Positions 1 through 8,859 of a stretch of DNA of 64,000 nucleotides are shown here, one piece after another. The stretch comes from a bacterium (GTDB taxonomy: Bacteria > Electryoneota > Electryoneia > Electryoneales > Electryoneaceae), in NCBI GenBank assembly GCA_963669175.1, contig OY769902.1:4480001-4544000 (forward strand), given 5' to 3'. Both the position numbers and the translations under genes were made by a program. The stretch's first letter is position 1. Every line of letters starts with the position of its first letter. The notes under the pieces are model-generated. The model worked only from the letters and a program-made list of their open reading frames with translations. It had not been told where the DNA came from and did not search any database.

Positions 1-292
1 TGTTGACAACTGCAACAACGATGAGCCCAATACTGAAACGATGTTTTAGCTTCATGACAATCTATCACAATATCTATAATGGCGATTGAATATACTGCAA
101 GAGTTAACCTGTGCCTAGCAATTATTAACAATTCCCAGATTGTTAGAGATACCTTTATATTGTTGCTTTTTGGGGCACTGAATGTACAGTTTCGCGGTAT
201 TAGCTGATACCGAGCTGCGTTTCATCGTTCAGAATATTACGCATTGCTGAAGGCATATCGGGACAAAGCAACGGATTCAGGAAGAAAAATGT

Positions 293-544
293 CTATTTCT
301 TCAAAGATTCCAGATCCATTTCCAGGTTTTCAAAACGTGCCTTCAATAATCGCGTAGAATCTGTTACTCCTGAATTATAGATTTCCAGGGCAACTGATTC
401 CAGGAAGTGATCCAGGATGCTTCCCGCAGCGATGATTCCAATCTCCTCATCACGTTCGGTTTCGAAAAAATCGATCGTCTCCTGTATACATCTCCTTCTG
501 GTCTCGTCGGACAGGATATCCCATTTCTTTCTGTTGTCAGCCAT
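293..544 (-). CDS. DUF2164-family small protein
   Basis: 83 aa; F..ERDEEIG.IAA..LLD.F....G..IYN.GV pattern resembles DUF2164. Confidence 0.7.
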   Translation of the reverse strand: MADNRKKWDILSDETRRRCIQETIDFFETERDEEIGIIAAGSILDHFLESVALEIYNSGVTDSTRLLKARFENLEMDLESLKK

Positions 545-777
545 GTTCGGTTCCTGGGAAAATGTAGGGATTTTCCGAATACTTACAGCGTATAGTATAA
601 GGCTTCACCATCCGAAGTCAAAGAAATGACACGCATCAAATGCATTTCCCCCTCACCCCCGATAGCTCCAGAAAAACAGCGCCGTCCCAATAGCTCAAAA
701 TCACCTCTTCCTTATTAAACCCATCCCCGTACTCCCGCGTCCAATTTTTGGATTGTGTAAAACTTGATGGAGTAAAG

Positions 778-2544
778 ATGAATCCGCGAAACATTCTCCT
801 GATATTTGCAGGAATTCTGGTCCTATCACTGCTGACAGCATGTGAAGAGTGGAATCCGGCCGATTCCAACGACGAATCAAGCTCCGGAACCGGTGATGTG
901 ACGGGGAGTGATATCACCGTTGACGATGTCCTGGCACAGAATTGTGCTGATCACGATGATGCGGGCGACTATACCTGGAACAGCAGTAATGCTGTCGAAA
1001 TTGAATTCACCGGTGAAGCGGTAAATGTCATCGGCAGCGGGGTTGCGGTAAACAGCAGTGTCGTTACCATCACATCAGCGGGGACATATGTTCTGACCGG
1101 TTCGTTCACGAATGGCCAGGTCATTGTGGACACTGAAGATGAAGCGAATGTTTACCTTGTTCTTTCAGGCGTTTCCATTACCTGCACGTCAAGCGCGCCC
1201 TTGTATATCAAGAACACCGAAAAAACGATCATCGTCCTTGATGAGAATACTGAGAACACGTTGATCGATGGCAGCTCCTACGATTTTGAGGATCCGGAAG
1301 ACCCGGAACCGAATGCCACGATTTACAGCAAAGACGATCTGACGATTTACGGCGCTGGCTCATTGGCTGTTACGGGTAATTACCAGGATGGTATAACCAG
1401 TAAGGATGGCTTGATCATAGCCGGTGGTTCCATCAGTATCACTGCGGTCGATGATGGCATACGTGGTAAGGATTATCTGGTAGTTAAGGATGGAACGGTT
1501 TCGGTTACCTCATCAGGTGACGGGATGAAATCGGATAACGAAGATGATGAGACAAAAGGTTATGTCTATATCTGCGGCGGCGATCTGGATATCGTATCCG
1601 GTGGCGACGGGATCAACGCTACAACCGACCTGCTCGTGGACGGTGGAACGATCACAGTTAAATCCGGCGGGGGCAGCAATGTCCAACCGGGGTCCGTCTC
1701 TACAAAAGGCTTGAAAGCAGGGATACAACTGGTCATTGATGCCGGCGCCCTGTCTGTGAATGCTTCTGATGACGCCCTCCATTCCAACGGCACCTTTTCC
1801 CTCAATGGTGGCTCACATAACCTCGCGTCCAATGATGATGGTATCCATTCGGACGCCGCATTGGGGATCAATGGCGGTACGCTTACGATTACCAAATCCT
1901 ATGAGGGGATTGAAAGCAATTCTGTCGTCGTGATCAATGGGGGAACGATCCATCTCGTTTCCAGTGATGATGGCATCAACGTCGCCTCAGGCAACGGTGG
2001 AGATGATTTTGGCGGCCCGGGTGGCGGTGGTGAAAGTGGAAACTTCTTCCTCTACATCAATGGCGGCTATATCGTTGTAAATGCGGCTGGTGACGGTATC
2101 GATTGCAACGGTTCTATCGTTATGACGGATGGCACGGTTATTGTTAATGGGCCCGTGTCGAACAACAATGCCGCCCTGGATCATTCCACCTTCAAGATTA
2201 CCGGTGGCAGCATCGTTGCAGTCGGCAGTTCCGGCATGGCCCAGGCCCCCAGCACCTCCTCAACCCAGTATTCTGTCATGCTGAATTCCAGGGGCACACT
2301 TCGCGCGGGAGTTATGTTCCACATTCAGACTTCCGACGGGGATGGCGTGCTGAGCTTTGAACCCGCAAAGAACTATCAATCTGTCGTCTTCTCCTCCGCA
2401 GCCTTGCAAAAAGGGACAACCTATGACGTTTACTATAGCGGAACCTCAACAGGCGCCGGCAACGATGGCTTGTACACAGGCGGCAGCTATACACCCGGAA
2501 CCCAAATCGGATCGTTTACCATCTCCTCGATTGTGACGAGGTAG
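778..2544 (+). CDS. Lipoprotein with Cthe_2159/DUF4353-type carbohydrate-binding beta-helix
   Basis: ATG 778, lipobox LLTAC; ITSAGTYVLTGS and repeated DDGI/DGI.S turns typical of the family. Confidence 0.85.
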   Translation: MNPRNILLIFAGILVLSLLTACEEWNPADSNDESSSGTGDVTGSDITVDDVLAQNCADHDDAGDYTWNSSNAVEIEFTGEAVNVIGSGVAVNSSVVTITSAGTYVLTGSFTNGQVIVDTEDEANVYLVLSGVSITCTSSAPLYIKNTEKTIIVLDENTENTLIDGSSYDFEDPEDPEPNATIYSKDDLTIYGAGSLAVTGNYQDGITSKDGLIIAGGSISITAVDDGIRGKDYLVVKDGTVSVTSSGDGMKSDNEDDETKGYVYICGGDLDIVSGGDGINATTDLLVDGGTITVKSGGGSNVQPGSVSTKGLKAGIQLVIDAGALSVNASDDALHSNGTFSLNGGSHNLASNDDGIHSDAALGINGGTLTITKSYEGIESNSVVVINGGTIHLVSSDDGINVASGNGGDDFGGPGGGGESGNFFLYINGGYIVVNAAGDGIDCNGSIVMTDGTVIVNGPVSNNNAALDHSTFKITGGSIVAVGSSGMAQAPSTSSTQYSVMLNSRGTLRAGVMFHIQTSDGDGVLSFEPAKNYQSVVFSSAALQKGTTYDVYYSGTSTGAGNDGLYTGGSYTPGTQIGSFTISSIVTR

Positions 2545-2716
2545 AATCTGCCAATACGATGCGATTTGATGGTGTACTCCTGACTATAGTCGTCCCTGAA
2601 AGTCTTTACCATTTCAGGTTGGCGGTAGCTTCTTTCTGGCACTGAATATCTATCTTGTATTGGGTCTGCTTCTCCCTGATTGCACTCTTTCAAAAAAATA
2701 CATATTTACTAGCGTC

Positions 2717-3324
2717 AGCAGGCTTTAGCCTGCTCCTCTTAGACCCCGGCTTTAGCCCTGTCTCTTTCCCACATCTTCTGAAAGCTGTATCAGTAAAAGA
2801 GTTGTGGACATAGCATTTTTAGAATCCCGGCGGGATTCCCTATTTTAGCATAGTGTACAGGCCGTCTGTTTGGCCTGTACACTATGTCAGGTATTCTAAC
2901 GAATAATCAACCCTGGAAGGGTTGCATAATATGCGATTCATATTAGTACGTTCAATAAATACAGGGAATAACGCATTTTATATTCTATACAAACCAATTG
3001 GGTGTAAATTATACGTTATACAACCCTTCCAGGGTTGAGATAAGGTTTGATCTTTTTCGTAGGGTAGACGCTAAACAGACAGCGTCAACCCTACGCTAAA
3101 ATATACCACCCCCTCTGGGGTGGCAGAAACACGAAGATGTGAGCAAGAGACAGGGCTTTAGCCGGGGGAACAAGGAAAACAACCGTTCGAGCGCCCTTCA
3201 GGGTGCTTTCCTGATACGTATTGATTCGATGACGTTCAAGCACGCTAAAGCGCGCTCATAGCTTTTGTTATATCCATCCACCCGGCTAAAGCCGGGTGCT
3301 AAGGGGAGCCTGCTGAAGCAGGCT
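2717..3324. repeat. REPIN-like palindromic repeat, copy 1 (~200 bp once the MITE is removed)
   Basis: Hairpins AGCAGGCTTTAGCCTGCT, CCCGGCTTTAGCCGGG, GAGCGCCCTTCAGGGTGCTT, AAGCACGCTAAAGCGCGCTC, CCCGGCTAAAGCCGGG, AGCCTGCTGAAGCAGGCT; same architecture at 14572-16501 and 29665-30675. Confidence 0.85.
2758..3153. mobile_element. 396-bp MITE with IS50/Tn5-like ends, copy 1
   Basis: Ends CTGTCTCTTTCCCACATCT ... AGATGTGAGCAAGAGACAG; direct repeat GGCTTTAGCC at 2748-2757 and 3154-3163. Confidence 0.9.
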
Positions 3325-3445
3325 AAATACTTACGAATCAGCAAAAATACTCGGGAACCCCTATACTTTTGAAATCCTATTTACATTGGATTTCATTACA
3401 ACACGAACAGAAACGATCCTTATTCCTACGCTGATCAAGCAAGAA

Positions 3446-4012
3446 CTAAAGATTTTCATATCTTTTAGGAAATATCCACAGTAGAACGTAGTTACGGAAG
3501 AAATTAAATATTGCCCAATACATCACTAATGCTGCTTTGATAAAGTAGAAGATTATTGTAACGGCGGCCAACACCGGCGCTGCAGCGAGACCGGAAGCGA
3601 TCCCTGGAACATAGTGTTCTTCTGACCTCAAAAAACTATGGCTGGAATCATAAACATCGTACTTGACAGTTCCACCCTTAAAAGAATCCCTGATAAGCAT
3701 GGCGAAAAAGTTTGGTTCATCTTCATTGGCCTGCTTCTTCGCACGTGCGACAAGTACTTTGATGGGTACACGGCTGGCAAAGTAGTAGAGGATTGCCCCA
3801 CCAGCAGTCAAAATGATTATTTCCCAGATCTTCCACGTTGATAAAAACAGTGTCAGTGTGCTTTCATTATTTCCTGCAAGATGCAGTTTAGCGATATAAT
3901 ACCAAATTTCTATCGCACCGACAAAAAATGGCGCTATAACCAGGAACCAACTTCCACTAAATACACGTTTGTTTCCATTATCTTTAGATTGCTTCTGTTC
4001 TTCCTTTGCCAT
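3446..4012 (-). CDS. Hypothetical membrane protein
   Basis: 188 aa ORF with 3-4 hydrophobic segments and an upstream GGAGAG RBS. Confidence 0.65.
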   Translation of the reverse strand: MAKEEQKQSKDNGNKRVFSGSWFLVIAPFFVGAIEIWYYIAKLHLAGNNESTLTLFLSTWKIWEIIILTAGGAILYYFASRVPIKVLVARAKKQANEDEPNFFAMLIRDSFKGGTVKYDVYDSSHSFLRSEEHYVPGIASGLAAAPVLAAVTIIFYFIKAALVMYWAIFNFFRNYVLLWIFPKRYENL

Positions 4013-4387
4013 CTTTCACTCTCCTCCCCATGAAAAGAATGGAACTGCTCCCCCAGGTTACATGTAGCTGAGAAGCACGTCCCAAAGCTTTGTGACAATT
4101 GAGTTCTCCCATTGGACACATTGAAAGTTAGGCCACTTCCCAACATGTGTCAACCGATTCAATCACGAAAATATCTTGTCTTTTTATCTTTTGAAGTCTG
4201 TTTGATCCTACATGAGGATTTCTGCTTGTCAAAGGCGAATTGGTTGCAAGACGATTTCATCCAGTTATTGAGGGTCACAGAAAATGGAATCAACCAACAA
4301 ACAGTCGCCACGTGATCAGTTCGAAGGGAATGCGGCGAATAGTCCCCATATTCACCTCACTTTATGCGGTGATCAACCTTACGATTC

Positions 4388-4540
4388 ATGAGCACCTCTA
4401 CATATGCCAAGCTGTCTACGTGGTCAGATGATACGGCACTCCGTGACTTCCAGGAGCTGAAGACGCAAGGAATCCTCCTGCAAAATCCAGGCGGTGGACG
4501 CAGTACAAGTTATAGACTCCCGCACAGGGAGAGTATGTAG
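4388..4540 (+). pseudogene. C-terminal wHTH remnant of a Fic (DUF4172-type) protein
   Basis: Manual translation MSTSTYAKLSTWSDDTALRDFQELKTQGILLQNPGGGRSTSYRL matches the DTALRD...GGGRSTSY tail of Fic proteins; no Fic core upstream. Confidence 0.7.
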
Positions 4541-4731
4541 GCATCTCACTTGTTGGTGAGTGGAAGATTGGGGACAGACGGAAGCTACTTTTGTGTATGT
4601 TATTGTTATATTGTTGATTAAAGATAGTGTACTACGGTTTATCCCTGGTTACTCTCACTAATTCTTGAGTCATGGCCTTATATCGCATTATTAAATGAGC
4701 CCTGAATTCTTCAATTCGTGTCGACATACTA

Positions 4732-4761
4732 TTGACAGGCATGTGTCATATGCCATACTAT
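4732..4761 (+). promoter_or_regulatory. Sigma70-type promoter for the candidate small RNA
   Basis: TTGACA 4732-4737, TACTAT 4756-4761 (18-bp spacer); spacer is near-palindromic GGCATGTG-T-CATATGCC. Confidence 0.65.
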
Positions 4762-4767
4762 TAAGTA

Positions 4768-4838
4768 CTCATCAGCCAGCTTCACAGTCGTAAGAGCTGA
4801 AGGAGATGGATCCGCCGTCTGAGCGGATCTTCTTTTTT
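4768..4838 (+). ncRNA. Candidate ~70-nt structured RNA convergent with the DUF3800 operon
   Basis: Lies between a promoter and an intrinsic terminator with no ORF; CAGCT..AGCTG stem; DUF3800 genes are known neighbours of structured RNA motifs. Confidence 0.6.
4808..4838 (+). terminator. Intrinsic terminator
   Basis: GGATCCGC-cgtctga-GCGGATCT hairpin followed by TCTTTTTT, abutting the stop codon of the minus-strand gene. Confidence 0.75.
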
Positions 4839-5358
4839 ATATACGGTTGTTGTACTTCCGCTCAAAGTCCTGACGTTTGTACTCGCTGGTCACATAAAAT
4901 GATGTAACCAACCGGTATGAACCATTATCATACTTTTTCAGGATGACCACGAAATCTTCATCTCTGAACCATATATATGTTTTGATATCTCCGTCACCTT
5001 CTTCATAATCCCAAAACAGCAGCTCCGGTTCACACGAGTTCTCTATAAAAGCATGCACCCACGGCAGACGTTCACATCGTGATGGATCCGGCAGTCGCTC
5101 CTTGTCATCGTCTTGTTGCTGGTCGCGGTAGAACTTCTGTTTTCTTCTTGGTACGAATTGCTTACTTTGTTTTCTGGTTGTCAGGTGCCAGAATACCTTT
5201 TCTTTTCCATCTTCCATTTCCGGGAACGTCCACACCCCATCACCCTGAAAACGGAGATTCCGATCTCGGATAGTAGCGCAGAAAATCAAATAGAGCATAT
5301 CATAAGTGTCCTCAGTCCAGGGATTCACGTCAGCAGTGTCTGGGAGCCATTCACACAT
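4837..5358 (-). CDS. Small DUF3800-partner protein (possible BECR/RelE-like RNase fold)
   Basis: Probable start MCEWLP at 5358 overlapping the DUF3800 stop; motifs FWHL, RCERLPW, YRLVTSFY. Confidence 0.7.
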   Translation of the reverse strand: MCEWLPDTADVNPWTEDTYDMLYLIFCATIRDRNLRFQGDGVWTFPEMEDGKEKVFWHLTTRKQSKQFVPRRKQKFYRDQQQDDDKERLPDPSRCERLPWVHAFIENSCEPELLFWDYEEGDGDIKTYIWFRDEDFVVILKKYDNGSYRLVTSFYVTSEYKRQDFERKYNNRI

Positions 5359-6070
5359 GTTCAATCCCCCCGTTCCTTGGACGCCAGATGCAAACATTGA
5401 ACTTGCGTTCCGTAGGAAGAGTGTTCCTGTCGAGGGACAAGCCTGTACGATTTTTAATATGGTTAACAACAGCGAGTTTGGCCTGACTGGATGAAAGACC
5501 TCTGGCGTGGTATGAAACAGCGCCGATTAAAACATCGGCAAGCTGAAGCAGCCCTACGTCATGTGATTGAACATGCTGCATTTTCTGGATGATTGACCGT
5601 TCAAAATCATAGTTGGCGTTGCTTAGTACGTCACCTAGCTTCTGTAGTTTTTTCCTGCTCCTAGTATCCTTGATATCCAAGTAGATGTGGTACCTTCTGT
5701 CTGTGGCAATCAAATTCCTGATCAGGTAGAAGTACATCTTGTAATACCATTCATCATGAGTCTGATGCATCGCCTCGTGGTCCAGTACTGTTTTATCTGG
5801 AATGACCCAGGCACGAAATCCCATGCTACGGCTATCGAAGAAATAGTCCAGTAATTCCAGGTAGAAGTCCAACTTTCCTGTGGATACCTTTGTCCACTTA
5901 ATCTCGAAATATCGTGATAAACCATGTTTCTGTTTCAACGCTGCGATGGCCTGATTGTGCTGGTAAGTTCTGCTCTTCAGTGTCCACAATGCCCCAAGCA
6001 CCATAGCTTTCTCTTTGTCATTCGGCAGGTGACAACTTTCATCGCAATAGATGTTGATGATTCCATCCAT
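5351..6070 (-). CDS. DUF3800 domain protein (RNase H-like fold)
   Basis: N-terminal IYCDESCH, central EIKW, C-terminal LQLADVLIGA motifs. Confidence 0.9.
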   Translation of the reverse strand: MDGIINIYCDESCHLPNDKEKAMVLGALWTLKSRTYQHNQAIAALKQKHGLSRYFEIKWTKVSTGKLDFYLELLDYFFDSRSMGFRAWVIPDKTVLDHEAMHQTHDEWYYKMYFYLIRNLIATDRRYHIYLDIKDTRSRKKLQKLGDVLSNANYDFERSIIQKMQHVQSHDVGLLQLADVLIGAVSYHARGLSSSQAKLAVVNHIKNRTGLSLDRNTLPTERKFNVCIWRPRNGGIEHV

Positions 6071-6079
6071 GCTGACCTC

Positions 6080-7333
6080 TTACTTTGGTTGTACGTACAA
6101 GTTTATCAGAAATACTTGGACTGTAACTTCACGGTCTGGATCGTCACTGCTCTTCATCTGGAAGCACCACTCGTGTGGTTGACCGGGATCAACAGTTCGA
6201 ATATAATTCGGGTGGCCTGTGAAGACTTCCGACATCTTCTCCTGGATCTTGGCGAAGTGTTTATTCTCTTTGTTAAAAAAGACCAGTGCGCCCTTACAGT
6301 CCCGCCAGGTTGAGTAGCTCAGTAGCTGGTCAATAGCGTCTTTGGCAGCTTGTTCACCATGCCAGATCTTACATTCACCTACGAAAGCAGAACGGTCATC
6401 GGTTTGAACATGAATATCGGTTTTTCCGGATTTCCTGAATACTTCTCCTCTGGCTTCACCCTTGTAGATACCATTGAGGTAAGCCACAACAACATCACGA
6501 AGCTCCTCTTCATCAAGCTTACAAAACGTCGATGGTGTCGTTTCAAATGAACGTCCTGAATGGCGAATGATAGAAAGAATTGTCTTGTAGTCCTCATCAC
6601 TGATCCCTGGCTCGGGCTTTATGTTCGGAGGCTGTGGTAATGGCTTGACGATAACCTGCCTGATTGGGATCGCAGTGTAGTCAGGTGACTCTGGTTTCTT
6701 CTTCAGGGGAATTGTCAGTTTCGCAAAGGTGTCTTCGATCTTCTTCTTCCTTGCCATACGTGCATCCACGAACATTGCCACTAATTGTTGCAGCTCTTTG
6801 TTGTGGGCTTCCACCTGTTCATTCGCTGTATTCGTGACATATTGAATGAAGTCAATATCCTGCCGATAAAGGTCATCTGTAAGCTGTTCACTACGATCGA
6901 GTGGAACGCTATACTTCATGCGAATTATTCCGAGCTCACTTGCAGTTGGGGCAGTAACTTCGGCCTTGGGTGGTGACCCCTGGTAAACACGGACAGCCGG
7001 AAAATAATCAAGCAACTCAGGATTCCCCGTGAAAGGAATAATTATAACCAGTTCAAGGCTGCTGATATTGAAAGCACGTGATCTATTAGGAATATGTCTC
7101 TGAGGATTACGACTGACGTCTATAACTCCTTCGGAACTTTCCCTGTATGGTTCATGTAGTTGAATAGGCTGAATGGTGAATCTGGAAACCACATGATCAA
7201 CTAGTTCTTGACGTAATGACTCGACAAACCGGTTGTCCTCCAGCCGTTCAACATAGGCTCTAATGCTCTCCTGCTGACCGGCAATGACCTGCTCGAGCCG
7301 ACCCTGGTTGAAAAGTTGTCTGACCATCATCAT
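6080..7333 (-). CDS. Protein with C-terminal PD-(D/E)xK restriction-endonuclease-like domain
   Basis: EEELRD...GE.FRKSGKTDI...FVGECKIW...QLLSY motif; 9 bp upstream of the DUF3800 gene. Confidence 0.75.
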   Translation of the reverse strand: MMMVRQLFNQGRLEQVIAGQQESIRAYVERLEDNRFVESLRQELVDHVVSRFTIQPIQLHEPYRESSEGVIDVSRNPQRHIPNRSRAFNISSLELVIIIPFTGNPELLDYFPAVRVYQGSPPKAEVTAPTASELGIIRMKYSVPLDRSEQLTDDLYRQDIDFIQYVTNTANEQVEAHNKELQQLVAMFVDARMARKKKIEDTFAKLTIPLKKKPESPDYTAIPIRQVIVKPLPQPPNIKPEPGISDEDYKTILSIIRHSGRSFETTPSTFCKLDEEELRDVVVAYLNGIYKGEARGEVFRKSGKTDIHVQTDDRSAFVGECKIWHGEQAAKDAIDQLLSYSTWRDCKGALVFFNKENKHFAKIQEKMSEVFTGHPNYIRTVDPGQPHEWCFQMKSSDDPDREVTVQVFLINLYVQPK

Positions 7334-7759
7334 GGTTGATCCTCTGTATATCTGTTTATAACAACAATTCTATCAATTGTATGATTCGACAGTGCTTCGT
7401 AAAAAGCAGGATATGAGCGTATCTCTTTTAAGTAATTCATGCAGTTGTATCCTCACCTGCAGAATCCTCAGCAGTGTGTTCTGCGGCTTCGAATTGAATG
7501 ACAGGCAATAGTTCCTTCAGAGCATCAACGAGGGGTTGACCACTTTCACTTTTCAAGAACCTTTTTACTTTGCTGTGGTATGAGCCGGAAGCATACTCCA
7601 GTTCTTTCTCTGCCGTTGGACGCAAAACTAGAAAACTAAGAAAACTAGGGACAGACGGTAGTTTCTTTCAGGTTAAGCACCTGACATGTCGCTGTTTGCA
7701 AATAATACACTACCATCTATCTTCATTTTACCAGCTTCCTTTTTCCCACAACACGTTTA

Positions 7760-8050
7760 GCCTCATCATTCACCAGCAGATGTACTCAGCTGCTCTTCAA
7801 CAAAACGGCCATCTTTCCAAACAGCAACACCAATCCCCAATCTGCTCGCTTTTTGCCGAGCTTTTTCGCTGCTCGCTTCATGGCGATTTCCGCCGATACC
7901 ATAGCCTGATCACGCTTTCGCTGCACTTTATCGGGTTCGAGGTTCTTTTCGCTCATCGATTGCCTCCTTCTTCGATCAGTTCCGGTTCATTGCTGGAGTT
8001 ATCATAGAGCACCCAATCATCCACCAGCGGTTTGTACAGGTTAATAAAGT
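7760..8050 (-). pseudogene. Remnant of zeta-toxin-like ATPase C-terminus plus frameshifted small partner gene
   Basis: Manual translation FINLYKPLVDDWVLYDNSSNEPELIEEG*, then overlapping MSEKNLE...AMKRAAK/ARQKASRLGIGVAVWKDGRFV. Confidence 0.55.
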
Positions 8051-8325
8051 CACGAAATCGTGCATTACTGAAGTTACGCAACGCATGGAAAATGCCGGTA
8101 CAGCCACCTTTTCGCAACATGTTTTCCAGCAATCAATAACCATGCTCATAATAATAACATAGCTAATAATTCACGCTATTCACAAGCGAAAAGTGTGGCA
8201 GTCCCCATTTTCCATCAGATATTTCCTTTTTCTATAGTAATGACACCCTAGAGAATAAGATGGAAACACATAGTCGCGCCTGTGCCGCTAATCCAATAGA
8301 AACAAGGGTGCGACACTCCGATGAA

Positions 8326-8748
8326 TCATTCCTCCGCAATCTCAACCCCATTTTCCTTGGCCCATTCACGGAGTGCATTTTCCAAGCTCTGTTGTTCGAA
8401 CTTAAACCAGTTGTCGAGCTGGCCGATTGAATCAAGGAAGCCTTTGAAACGGGAGTAGGCGCCACGTCTGGAGAAGATCTCGCGGACGTGATCGTAGTGC
8501 TCATGATCGAGGTGGGTGTAGGTAAAATCCATGACGAGTCGCTTGCCGAGGTCGAGGTCGTATTTGCCTGGAATGGCGACCGTGTTTTCGTCTTCCCACA
8601 TTTCTTCAGTAATTTCTTGTTCGTCGAAATCTTCCGAATGCCAATAGATCTTGCCAGTCGATTTGTCCAGCAGTGCGCAATTGTCAATGGAACCATCAGA
8701 ACTGACGAAATAATAGGCCATCTCAAGGTCGTTGTACTTTACTTTCAT
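8326..8748 (-). CDS. UPF0158 family protein
   Basis: LDKSTGKIY...GAYSRFK..L...G.LDNW..F...ALREWA pattern. Confidence 0.85.
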   Translation of the reverse strand: MKVKYNDLEMAYYFVSSDGSIDNCALLDKSTGKIYWHSEDFDEQEITEEMWEDENTVAIPGKYDLDLGKRLVMDFTYTHLDHEHYDHVREIFSRRGAYSRFKGFLDSIGQLDNWFKFEQQSLENALREWAKENGVEIAEE

Positions 8749-8859
8749 GCCTTGTCCCTTGTGAGTGTTCTGTTTCCATGCGACTGCAACAACTTGTGGA
8801 CTGTTTTACCTGATCTGGCTGAAACTGAGCTGCACTTCGATCCGCGTGAATCGGACCAC

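Noticed and set aside
2758-2776. Nextera/Tn5 adapter contamination
   Set aside because: Ends differ from the mosaic end at 2-3 positions, vary between copies, occur as inward-facing pairs around a conserved 396-bp body and carry matching target duplications
4030-4130. Riboswitch upstream of the 3446-4012 gene
   Set aside because: No recognisable aptamer consensus could be matched by eye
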